Source: Octopus bimaculoides (Eukaryota). From it: DNA of 64,000 bases. The first letter of the stretch is position 1, and every line of letters starts with the position of its first letter. The DNA lies in contig NC_069005.1 of assembly GCF_001194135.2 (NCBI RefSeq), forward strand, positions 32,936,485-33,000,484, given 5' to 3'. This document shows positions 38,620-51,165 of the stretch, piece by piece. Under the pieces are notes generated by a model. The model was not told the DNA's origin, searched no databases, and saw only the letters and a program-made list of their open reading frames with translations. Position numbers and translations under genes: made by a program.

Positions 38620-39634
38620 AACATGTGTTTCAGAAGAAACTTCTCAGATCACATTATTTTATTCCATTCACATTTCTTCTTCTTGTTTACTTTTATCCCC
38701 GTTTCTATCACCTGTTTGTACTCCTTCCAAAAAAAAACCAACCAAATCCATTATTAATTCTAATTTAGTAATATATAAACATGCCACAAATAGTTTTGAT
38801 TCAATTTAAAAATCAAGGAATGATAATTCCTTGTTGTCCTAAAGCTCATGAAAGTATGCAATTAAAACCTCTCTCCTTCTCTAGCTTTGTCATTTAAACA
38901 AGTCACTGTAATAGCAAAGTTAACACTGCACATGACCCAATTGTCAGACTGCCTTCTCTCAACCCTCCACCTCAGAATTCATATACAATGGGTTCACACA
39001 GTTCACATCATATATTTCCCCTTAAGAGATTGTTTACTCTAAAGTATTATTCATTAATGCTGTTTTAACGAGATTTTTCTCAAATCACAGCTTCACTTAC
39101 GGTCGATGGCAACAAACAGAAGAAATAGATATTGAAAATGTCATCTAAATATTGATTGATCTTGTAGAAAGCTTAAAGATGTTTAGTCAGCATGAGGTGG
39201 TTGATGTAACATAGAGAGCAGTCAAAAGCACTGCTCTGTTTATCATCATTAATTGTGGAAAGAATTTGATGGAGCAGTGATAACGTTACACCAATACAAC
39301 ATGGCTCCACAGACAATTTGTCAGTTGAAAGAATAATTGGCTGAGTACACTAAAAAAAAACTGTTTGCATTGTTCAAACAGGTATACACACACGAGCATA
39401 AGAAAGACAACACGGGAGGGGCACATTTTAACAAATGTATTAGTTTAACACTAACACATACACACACACACACTTTATATATTTATGTCAATAAATGTTA
39501 TGTGCATAGGCAATGTTGCTACATCAGTCTTACAAGTTAGTTTGGCAACAGATGTAGCAAGCAAGGACACATCTGATCAAACCAAATGAACAGGTCATTC
39601 ATAAATGCCATATATTCAGCCTTTACATTATTCT

Positions 39635-40749
39635 AAGTAGCTACGTGTGGAAGAGTAATGGGCAACAAAGGTTCGAGGTTAAGGTTTGTTACTTGCGGCA
39701 AAAGGGATTCATTGAATAAAAGAATACATGACGCATGCGTACGAACAACCATGCTACATGGCAGTGAAACATGGGCTGTAACTGCTGAGGACATACGTAA
39801 GCTCGCAAGGAATGAAGCCAGTATGCTCCGTTGGATGTGTAATGTCAATGTGAATACCCGTCAGAGTGTAAGTATCTTGAGAGAAAAGCTGAACATTAGA
39901 AGCATCAGTTGTGGCGTGCAAGAGAGACGATTGCGCTGGTATGGACATGTGGTGAGAATGGAGGAGGATAGCTGCGTGAAAAAGTGCCACACCCTAACAG
40001 TTGNNNNNNNNNNNNNNNNNNNNNNNNNNNNNNNNNNNNNNNNNNNNNNNNNNNNNNNNNNNNNNNNNNNNNNNNNNNNNNNNNNNNNNNNNNNNNNNNN
40101 NNNNNNNNNNNNNNNNNNNNNNNNNNNNNNNNNNNNNNNNNNNNNNNNNNNNNNNNNNNNNNNNNNNNNNNNNNNNNNNNNNNNNNNNNNNNNNNNNNNN
40201 NNNNNNNNNNNNNNNNNNNNNNNNNNNNNNNNNNNNNNNNNNNNNNNNNNNNNNNNNNNNNNNNNNNNNNNNNNNNNNNNNNNNNNNNNNNNNNNNNNNN
40301 NNNNNNNNNNNNNNNNNNNNNNNNNNNNNNNNNNNNNNNNNNNNNNNNNNNNNNNNNNNNNNNNNNNNNNNNNNNNNNNNNNNNNNNNNNNNNNNNNNNN
40401 NNNNNNNNNNNNNNNNNNNNNNNNNNNNNNNNNNNNNNNNNNNNNNNNNNNNNNNNNNNNNNNNNNNNNNNNNNNNNNNNNNNNNNNNNNNNNNNNNNNN
40501 NNNNNNNNNNCGGGTGGCACATAAAAGACACCATTTCGAGCGTGGCCGTTTTCGTGCGGGTGACACGTAAAAGCACCCACTACACTCTCTGAGTGGTTGG
40601 CGTTAGGAAGGGCATCCAGCTGTAGAAACTCTGCCAAATCAGACTGGAGCCTGGTGTTGCCATCCGGTTTCACCAGTCCTCAGTCAAATCGTCCAACCCA
40701 TGCTAGCATGGAAAGCGGACGTTAAACGATGATGATGATGATGATGATG
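39635..40749 (+). mobile_element. Young 5'-truncated RTE-clade LINE copy with (GAT)n tail; contains gap 40004-40510
   Basis: Translation ...DACVRTTMLHGSETWAVTAEDIRKLARNEASMLRWMCNV...RRLRWYGHV..., i.e. the RTE (Y/H)GSETW and LRW-x-GHV motifs. Same 3' UTR and GAT tail as the 14.3 kb copy. Confidence 0.92.
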
Positions 40750-41399
40750 TTCACCTGAAACAAAAAGTACAACATAGGGTAATAGTTCGTGAAAATATTA
40801 TATAAAAACATGCAATTTATGTGGACAGTTATATTTATTTGTATTTCTACTCAGAATTTAGCTAACTAAATGACCTATCAATGTTTTAATAAAATATACA
40901 TGTACTGAGGGTATGAATGTCTTTGATGAACATATCGGGGAAATGAATCAATTTTAACAAGTGTATTCCTGGCGTCCAATCACCTGAACAGCCTCCTCAC
41001 AGAATGAAGAGTGTAAATGGCTGATTACTCCACAACCAGTTGTACTTTTAATGCAATCCTCACTTCGAATAAGCATGAAACAGTGTGTGACAAAGCCAGC
41101 CTTACAGTTGCACTCCATCCATCAAGCTTCCAGTTTCCATCAACTCAATTTCACATATATATATATATATATATANNNNNNNNNNNNNNNNNNNNNNNNN
41201 NNNNNNNNNNNNNNNNNNNNNNNNNNNNNNNNNNNNNNNNNNNNNNNNNNNNNNNNNATATATACATATATATATATATATGGGTCTGGGTTCTTCAAGT
41301 AGAAAATCATGTAGCCTCTGCTAAAGTGGCCGGTAAAAAATCTTTAACTGAAGGACCTCTTAAAAGGGTTTTTTCTTGTGTCAATTGTACCTTGTTAGG

Positions 41400-42165
41400 G
41401 TCAGAGAATGCTATCTCTGTGGGGATTTTTCATGACATAATCCTGCTCAATATTCAATACTTCTTCACTGAAGCCTAAGAACAAGGGACATATTTCAAAG
41501 AACTAATCAGCAGTGATACTGTATGTCATCAGTGTTAAAAGATGATCACTGACTTAGTTGCTCACCAGATTTTTCTAAAACAGTTCAGCTGACATGCACT
41601 TCTGAACATCTCATTTCTCAATCAACGGTGTATAACCTGAAGTTATGATATCAATGGTTTTAAAGTTAATTTGACTACTAATAAAGAAATACTGTGGACT
41701 AGAATTCAAGGTAAAACACTACCTGTACTGACATTTCCTCATACCTCCTCCTGACACTTGTATAAATATTCCTCTTCCTAACAAACATTTGTCTGCTAAA
41801 ATACAATTCAGTCAGATGTGTGGGTTTGCTACTCGGCCTTGCTAAAAATTAATCCAACCAAAGCTTTCTCTAATCTGTCACCAAATTTTAAATCAGTAAT
41901 TATGAAATCTCATAAATTTAAATCAATCCGATACCAGCTCAAAGAAGCCATCATTGAGCCAAGTGACTCACCATAGCGAACAGGAGTACAACAAGTCGTT
42001 AACGGGTAATAGCAAAAGGAGGTTAGTAGTTGACTACAACAAAGCTATTAATAAATTCCCCTACTTTAGATGCTTACCTGCTGCCTAATTTAGATGGCAG
42101 TTAAACAAAATATCTTCTTACAAGGTATTTATCATATTCACTTGAATACAATACAATCAAATATA
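41400..42165 (+). mobile_element. Degenerate Ty3/Gypsy LTR-retrotransposon pol relic (N-terminal RT, possibly preceded by gag knuckle/protease remnants)
   Basis: Across frameshifts: ...KAFSNLSPNFKSVIMKSHKF...IIEPSDSP*R (41950-41979), KRRLVVDYNKAINKF (from 42013), LDAYLLPNLD (from 42066), LNKISSYKVF. This follows the Gypsy RT order GIIEPS-x-SPW / RL-x-x-DY / DAYPLP-x-I-D. Confidence 0.75.
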
Positions 42166-43972
42166 ATGCAACCATCACTTTTTGAAGAGAAAAAATCTGT
42201 AATAAATTCTTTTTTTGTTAATATTCTTATATAAGAAGTAAACTCTGAGTATAACTGATTATTATTGTTAATAATCTCCAAGAAACCAACATAATATCAC
42301 TAAAAATTCTAAGGCTTTAAATCTAAATTTTATACTGCAGGCAATATGGCTATTACACCTTCATATCATTATTATTATTATTATTATTATAAAGGTATTT
42401 ACTGAAGATATTTTTTCCCCTTCTTCTAGCCTACATCAGTAATGTAACTTCCATGTTTTAAACTGTAACCTTTTAAAATTAATTACTTTCCAATAATGGA
42501 GTCTATAACCACATATCACCAGTGTGCTAATAGAATTAACAATTACCATTAGATGTATTCACTATGCATATGGTGTTCCAGAGCTGCAGGCTATGAACTG
42601 TATGCATCAGTCATTAGATATCTCATGGCTACTGCTTTCAATATCTTCATTTTTCACAGGTTTGTTGTTGTTCTTCTTCTTCTTACACACAAATATAATA
42701 CTACTTCTGCTAATGTTGACCCTGATTCTTTTAAATTTCTCACATTTTCTCTTTCTAAGAAATTATAGAAAATCTTGTTTATGAAAAAAAAAATTGCTTA
42801 AGTATGAACACCTATTTAATAGATAATGTCATTGTAGATGTAATACCAAAGGGGAACATAACAAAAATTTCTCTAAATTCTTAAAAAGTTGCTCATAAAA
42901 CTGAACAACAGCAAATGTAAATTTTTAACTATATCTTTGCTCTAGGTTACCAAATTAACCAAAATGAATTGCATCCTGGCCCTCTCACTTTACTCCTCTT
43001 AAAGAAATACCCATGTACTTATATCCATTTACCCAGGGGTTAAAATACCACAACAACAAAGGACTTGGCCCCAACAGAAGATATCTCAGGAAAGGCTGGG
43101 GCTAGGTATGAGAAGATGTCCTAACTGAAAGTAGTGAGATGCCTTGACAAGTCTACTCTAACTCCTGACAAAGGTTCTCTACACAGCAACCTGATCAAAC
43201 ACTTATGAACCAATATCTATGTCCTATGGGCTTTAAGTTGTGCTGCTCAACTCATATCAAAGGACCTACTGAAAATATGAAAGCTATGACAATACTAAAT
43301 ATTTTGTATTGTACAATTGCACTTCCATAATACTGAAATATAAAATATTCTAATGAATAAAACTGTAATTACATGGAACTGGCACTCCATCGGGGGTTCC
43401 AGTTGATCGAATCAATCAAACAGCTTGCTCGTGAAATTAACGTGCAAGTGGCTGAGCAGACACATGTACACTTAATATAGTTCTCAGGGAGATTCAGTGT
43501 GATAAGGCTGGCCCCCTTTGAATTACAGGTACTATTCATTTTTACCAACTGAGTGGACTGGAGCCACATGAAGTACCAGACTTACAAAAAAATAAGTACT
43601 GAGGTCAATTTATTCAACTAAGATTCATCAAGGCAATGCCCCTACATGGCCACAGTCTAATGACAAGCAAAAGATATATATACATATATGTATATTAAAA
43701 TTAATCAAAGGACATACTAAGTATTGTCTAACTGCTGGAAATAAAGAGTTTTGACTGTTATTTCCAGCAGTTAGACATACTTAGCATCTCCTTTGATTAA
43801 TTTTAATCCTTCAGCTATTTAATGCCTTTTTGGGGGCCTGCAATCACCTATATTATTGATTCTGTTATTATTATTTTGAAATTGTTACACTAGATAATAA
43901 CAGAGTCAATGGTATCTTTGCAAATTATTTTTTTGTGAATTATTTTTCTTGTGAATTATTTGCTTCGTAATG

Positions 43973-44010
<38 letters not shown>

Positions 44011-45150
44011 TCTGCATTGTTAAATTCTTTGACAAGATTGTTACAGATGGTGTTAACTTGTGGAATAACAGAACTAAAAGAATAAGCTTTATCTATTTTC
44101 ACAGTTCCACAGGTTTGTAATCCTGTACAATTGGTGCTATATAGGAAACGTGTGTAATCTTGTGTATGAATTTATTGATTAATGCATACACTGTAATACA
44201 GTCCCCCCCTGTCTTCAGGTGTAAAATCTGTTATGAAAGTGCAGTCTTATCGAGATTTTCATTATAAATCATAGTTTGTAGAATGGAGAATAAAAAAGAA
44301 TTGGTCTTTTCCTAGCTTTTCTATAGCTGATTCTTGGATCTTAATTCCACGTTGTGCAGTGCTCATAGAATTCTTCTTTCTCAAGGGCAACAATAATTCT
44401 TAATGCTTTCAGGCTTTTTACCTTTTTTTTTTTTTTTACACATTCCTTAAAACCTTACATGTTTATTGTACATAGTTGTATTTTATACACAGTATTTAGA
44501 AAAGAGTTACTAATAGTGTCATGTCGTAGAGATTAATAACTCAGCAGATTTATGTAACATGCCCTATGCCTCCGAGTAATCCTTCAGGCTCTTTTCTAAA
44601 TGTGTATTAGATGATATTTATCTCTCACAGGATAGAGTACTTCTTTTTTTTTGTTGATTCTACTTAAAACAGAACAGTAAACTCTCTCACTCTCTCTCTC
44701 TCTCTCATATATATNNNNNNNNNNNNNNNNNNNNNNNNNNNNNNNNNNNNNNNNNNNNNNNNNNNNNNNNNNNNNNNNNNNNNNNNNNNNNNNNNNNNNN
44801 NNNNNNNNNNNNNNNNNNNNNNNNNNNNNNNNNNNNNNNNNNNNNNNNNNNNNNNNNNNNNNNNNNNNNNNNNNNNNNNNNNNNNNNNNNNNNNNNNNNN
44901 NNNTATATATATATATATATATATATATGTAATTCATATTTTTTAATGTCTTCTTGTCCATTCTTGCATGGGTCAAACGGAATTTGTCAAAATAGATTTT
45001 CTATGGCTGGCTACACTTCTGAACACCAACCCTCAACTGTTTCCAAGTAAGGTAATATTTCCACATGGCCAGACATGTTCTTCATGGAAGATTGAAAATG
45101 AACAATGGTTGTATGATAGTTTACAACCATCATGTGATTTCAAATTAAGA

Positions 45151-45181
<31 letters not shown>

Positions 45182-46857
45182 TACACAAATTCTTAGCCAT
45201 ACAGCCCCACCGGCACATATGGTGGTGCACGTGCCTGTTTTTTTATTTATTTATTTAGAGAGTGAGGGGGAGGATGAATTCAAATTAGAGCTCCAATGGT
45301 GATCTCCAGTCACAAACACAACTTTTAGAGGTGCACAGAAGCACTTGTTGCCATTGAACCGCACTGGTAATACGGACAAAAGAAATCATTGAAATGAATA
45401 TAACTTAGATTTTGAAGAGGAGATAAATTTGCTGGATCCCATAGCAGGAACCTATTAGGTTTTAGGTAAGCAATTTGAACATTTACAAAACTGAAATTCG
45501 TCTTTCATACTTGACCCTATTCAGAAGTGCCAATACTGCAATGAGGGCGATGAAGTTGCATATGCTATATGGTGTGACTTTTTAAACCAGTGAGAATCCC
45601 AACCCCCAGATGTCCAACTCCATAATCAAATAGATACCCTGGGTGTGCACCTACACACAGTCCAAGTTCTCATAACTTAGATTTCCATCTCCTGTATTTG
45701 ATGGCATAAAAGATGCACAGGCATATTACACAACCACCTATTTGAAAGGGGAAAATTTTTAGCCCATTAACACATGTAAAATGGGCCCAATTCTACATCA
45801 AGGACCTGGGGTGTTTTGAGGCATCCCCCCCACACACACTTTTTTTTTAAAGTGGGTCTTACATGCCAACGAAAACAGAAATTTGAGTGATTTTCTAGTG
45901 ATAAAAATGTTGTTTTCTTTTCTGAAACTACAGTTTTAATACTACCAGATGCACATATAATAGATACAGTGAAAGACAAGAGAATAAATCAAATCCCTCT
46001 GCAAAGAAATTAACAACATCAAAAGGAAAATAAAATGTTTTCTAGTGATACAAGCAAAAATGAACATATTGTATTTCACATTGGTTAGGGTAATAAACGA
46101 GATTTGATTTTCCAATACGCTCCAGCTGCCTGTGTCTACTTGCTGCTGATTGCATTTCCACAATAATGTCATCATCATTATTATTATTATTCAACAAATA
46201 ATCGTTTCAACAAATATAGACAGCAAATACAGCTAATCACCACCCATCTGCTAGGAGGAAGGAAGGAAAGGTCCTGACACTAATGGCAGTAACTGTTGTG
46301 TTTGTAGTTCATGGCATGCGTAGAGTATCTTAGAAACAATGTATGTAGAAAGTCGAAAGGGATTAACTACAATTCAATGCCAGCGATACTTTCACATTAA
46401 AGTTTAACAAGAATACAAAAAGCAAATACCAACAGAATGTTATAAAATATGCTTCACCTCTCCATGAATTGTAATAGTTTATTCTTATTTCAATGGCTTT
46501 TCACTTAAGAAGGCTCTCTCTTTCTCACACACACAGTGAGGGAGCTGATTGCAATTCCTAAAGAAAGTTCAAATTTAATAGAGAAATAGAAACATAACTA
46601 TGAAAACGAGCACCACTTTGATATTTAATCTAATTTCTCCATTGACCCCATTACACAATTTCAGAGAAAAGACTGTCAAATATTTCCAGATAGGCAGAAC
46701 ATTTGATTAATACATAAATGAGTTTACTTGAACAGAAGTTAAACCAAAGGCAATTCATAACTTCTCACTTAGAGACTCCAACATTCACAACAAAGACAAT
46801 CACCCCTGTCCTTTCTTCAGGAATGTATGTATGTATGTATAAATACCAGAGACAAAA

Positions 46858-46894
<37 letters not shown>

Positions 46895-49198
46895 CTACCA
46901 GAAACAAAAGCCTGAGTATTTTATCAATTTTCATCTATTCAATACATGAGGGAGAAACAGCTAACACTAAAATTGAATTTACTATAGAAATAATTAAGAA
47001 ATACTCATTGTTGCAAAGACTTAATTTTACTTTATTTTGTTTTTTGTTTTGTTACCTTTCTTCGGTGAAATGTGGTTGCCTAAAGTATTATATTTTAGGA
47101 ATATTTCAAAAATAATAGAGTAAAATCAATAATAATAATGTGTTATTGAAGAAATAGCCATGAGAAAATCTATAATCTAATTTTTCAAGTCTCATGTAGA
47201 ATTTGTGTTTACAACTAACGAGTGTCAATAATTTTGTAAGTTGTCCACCATCACCACCACCACTTTGTAATAAACCACAAAATCATATCAAAAGAGATAT
47301 CTGAAAACTATATTAAAACCAAAAAAAAAAAAAAAAAAAACTCAAGCGAGGAACATGTATTTTAAACATGCACTTTATATTCAAGTGCATGTTATATGAT
47401 AATTCAAACTTCGACACTTGAAAACTGAAGGGGGTCGGTGAGAAATATGTCAATATTAAAAATCTATTAGTAATTGCATTTGCTACAGCAACAGATCAAT
47501 TGTCTAACAATTTCAAATTGATATTACTTCAGTCTAATGGAGAGAGAACAATATATTAGAAATTGATAGATAAACCATAGGGAAAAGATGACACTTTGCT
47601 AATGCAAACAGCACTGGTAAAACAGTTTTAATCACTCGCAAAATTATTAACTCTTTCGTCATCATATTTCTGCTGAAATACCTTTGTTTCAATTAATTTC
47701 AAAAAATAAATGAAGAATTCAGTAAAATAACTGTCATTATCAAGTTGATGTTTGCAGCATAAATTAACACGAAAGTTTGATATAAGGTTTTAATTTACAT
47801 CACTTTAAAACGAAGTTTGTATCGTAGAACCAGTGGGGNNNNNNNNNNATGAGTTGCCATCAAAAGAGCTGAGCATTGATTTAGCAACTTTCACACAACT
47901 TAGTTTTACCATTTTCCTAGATTACAAAAATCTGTTTGAATTATAATCTATTGTAATCAAATTAGATGGGGCTTAGTTCCAGGTCAACAAGACCACTAAC
48001 CAAAGTGTATGTAGGACTACATTATCCATTGTGCTCTTCCTTTTTTTAAAGGCTGATGGAATGATTTAAGATTTAACAACTCCAAGGATTATCCTTGTGG
48101 TTTGTACAGTAAATACTGAAAAAAGCTGTTTTAATGCCCGAGGGACGGGTTGTAGCAAAAGAAGCAGAGAGATAAATGATGACAATAGAACTAATTTTTC
48201 TAAGTGGTTCCTTTGGACTCATAAGACATTTTTGTAGCACTACTCCTCTTCCTCATCATCCTCATCTGATTTGAATAGATGTATATGATTAAGAAATCAC
48301 CTGGAGATAATACTTTGCTTTTGTTTTATTTTCTATTGAAGGGAAAGCAAAGAAAATATTCATTAAGTGAAAACCATTTACAGTTGTCTGTAGACATCAA
48401 AGAACATCAACAAACATAACTTTAAAAATTTGGTTTCTTCTCAACTGACAATTTATCATTTCACCAAGAAAATGTGAAGGAAATAAAAACAAATATATAT
48501 AAAACAAAAGAAAAAATGGTTGAACCATTACAGAGTGTCTAATTGTTAGATTATCAGGCTTACTTCAGAACAGAACCAAAAAAAAAAAAAATCATTTTAC
48601 AGAACCAAAAATATTCAGATTAATCTACTAAGATTCTTGTTCTTCATTAATAGCAGCAGCAGCACTCAAGAAGTGACAAACTTCATGGAATCAACTTGCT
48701 GAAGCTTAAATGAATGTAAGATAGATCAAGTTTGATGTTTCCACAGTTAAAATAGCTGCAGGATATGTTAAGAAAGAATAGAATAGGATAAAATACAATA
48801 GGATGAGGGAAAAAAAAAAAAAGACNNNNNNNNNNNNNNNNNNNNNNNNNNNNNNNNNNNNNNNNNNNNNNNNNNNNNNNNNNNNNNNNNNNNNNNNNNN
48901 NNNNNNNNNNNNNNNNNNNNNNNNNNNNNNNNNNNNNNNNNNNNNNNNNNNNNNNNNNNNNNNNNNNNNNNNNNNNNNNNNNNNNNNNNNNNNNNNNNNN
49001 NNNNNNNNNNNNNNNNNNNNNNNNNNNNNNNNNNNNNNNNNNNNNNNNNNNNNNNNNNNNNNNNNNNNNNNNNNNNNNNNNNNNNNNNNNNNNNNNNNNN
49101 NNNNNNNNNNNNNNNNNNNNNNNNNNNNNNNNNNNNNNNNNNNNNNNNNNNNNNNNNNNNNNNNNNNNNNNNNNNNNNNNNNNNNNNNNNNNNNNNNC

Positions 49199-49292
49199 CC
49201 CGCAAAGGATGAAAAGCAAGAATTTGAACTCGGAACATAATGTCAGACAAAATGCCACAAAGCATTTTGCCTGGCATGCCATCAATTCTGCC
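49199..49292 (-). mobile_element. 5' half of a family A SINE-like copy abutting a gap
   Basis: gaatttgaactcggaacataa...aagcattttgcctggcatgcc...attctgcc. Confidence 0.65.
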
Positions 49293-50171
49293 GGGGACAG
49301 TAGTTTTGGGAGCTGGGGGATGGGGCCTAGCCAAACTGAATCCCCTACATACTTTGGTTTAGAAAATAGTGTCTAAAAAATTGATCTATAAAAAGTTGCT
49401 TGCAGTTAGATTTCTTTTCAAAAGAAGAGCAAAGGATAAACAAAAATTTTTAATGTTTACTGATGAAGCTGGCCATTACTACTGGTGAGGGATTTTAATG
49501 AGGTCAGAGTGCAAATCCTACCTCAACCTATTTTAGTCACCTTTTGCAATATACAGAGGAAACATTGGGTCTATTCTTTGACATGCCCGATCCCCACACA
49601 ACACTGGGTCTCCAATAAATCCAATAAGTCTGTATATTTTCAGCAAATCTATTCTAACAGGTCTCTGTGACTGATTGAATTAGAATATGTGAACAAAGCT
49701 TCACACTTCCTCACTCAGTTTGGTAATCGAAAGCTCTAGTTGAAAAATTAAAACTGAGGTGGTATTTGTGTTACATTACATGCCATAGTCAATTCCCGAT
49801 CTGGTATTAACAGCTAAAACAAAACCACTGGGAGACTACACAGCTCCACAGAATTCATTTAAGAAAAAGAGAGAGAGGAGGAGAAAATGTGGGGAGAATA
49901 GGGGAGAGAGGATAAAGAGACTAGACGAAGAATGACATGAGAGAGGAACAGACAGAAATATGAGATGAACAGAATGAGATGAGAGGGAGAGGAGGAGGAG
50001 AGAAGTGGGGGAATGGAATCAATGCAAATCGAAGTGAAATGATACAATGTGTTGAAGAAGACAGACATTGAAGAAAGTCAGTTAAAGGCAAATGGGAATG
50101 GCCAAAAATCATATTACTAATGTAGATTTATATAAAGAACTATTTAAATATTGGGAAATAGGAGTTGGACG

Positions 50172-50213
<42 letters not shown>

Positions 50214-50981
50214 TATATCCAATACGGCGATAACTAAATCTTCACACAAAAACAGAAATAATCAATAAGAACTGACAAGTTGGCGATGAAAGCAGACTTC
50301 CCAGAGATAAAAGAAAGGATAGAAAATGTTTTCATAATATTTATCTTCTCTCTCCATCTCGTCATATGAGGCTGAAAGGAAGGTGTTCAGGAGGCATGGG
50401 ACATGAGATATGCAATTCTTTAATTCAATTTTTTCATTAGTCTCTTGGGAGGGGGAGANNNNNNNNNNNNNNNNNNNNNNNNNNNNNNNNNNNNNNNNNN
50501 NNNNNNNNNNNNNNNNNNNNNNNNNNNNNNNNNNNNNNNNNNNNNNNNNNNNNNNNNNNNNNNNNNNNNNNNNNNNNNNNNNNNNNNNNNNNNNNNNNNN
50601 NNNNNNNNNNNNNNNNNNNNNNNNNNNNNNNNNNNNNNNNNNNNNNNNNNNNNNNNNNNNNNNNNNNNNNNNNNNNTATATATATATATATGTATGTATG
50701 TCAAGTGTGTTGACTCTTGGATGCTGTTCTAAAATTATATTATTTACAGATTGCTGTGTCTCATCAACCAAGCAAATCTTTACAGGGTGGGTGGTGAGAG
50801 AGAGGGAGAGATCTTGAATTTATTCCTCTGTTGGTGGGAGAGGAGGGAAGGGTGGTGAGCGGAATGGATGATTAATTTTTGCCCAGCCTCACACTGCCTC
50901 TCCTCCTAGGACACAAAACCACTTGTTCTGAAATGCTCAGATTTAAATTAAAGCTTCCATTATGACATTATCCGAAAACCT

Positions 50982-51165
50982 TTAACCCCTGTTTTACATT
51001 TGAAGTGGCCAGATCTGGCCTCTCACACCGAGCTTACAATGTTATTCAGATCGTAAACAATCACATCATTGAAATCTGAGAAGCTGCAAGATAATGCATG
51101 ACTAATTAGAAACAATGTGGATAAGCATTACATTTGGCAGAATAATCTGAATGTTGAAGGGTTAC
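50982..51165. mobile_element. Small piggyBac-type MITE-like element
   Basis: Ends TTAA|CCCC... and ...AGGG|TTAC, resembling the TTAA target plus CCC termini of piggyBac-type elements. A related TTAA-bounded pair lies at 5531-5655 and 47649-47838 (reverse complements of each other). Confidence 0.5.

Noticed and set aside
47365-47393. Perfect 11-bp hairpin aacatgcactt / aagtgcatgtt with a 7-nt loop
   Set aside because: Too short to interpret and no supporting context. One such palindrome in 64 kb of AT-rich DNA is unremarkable.
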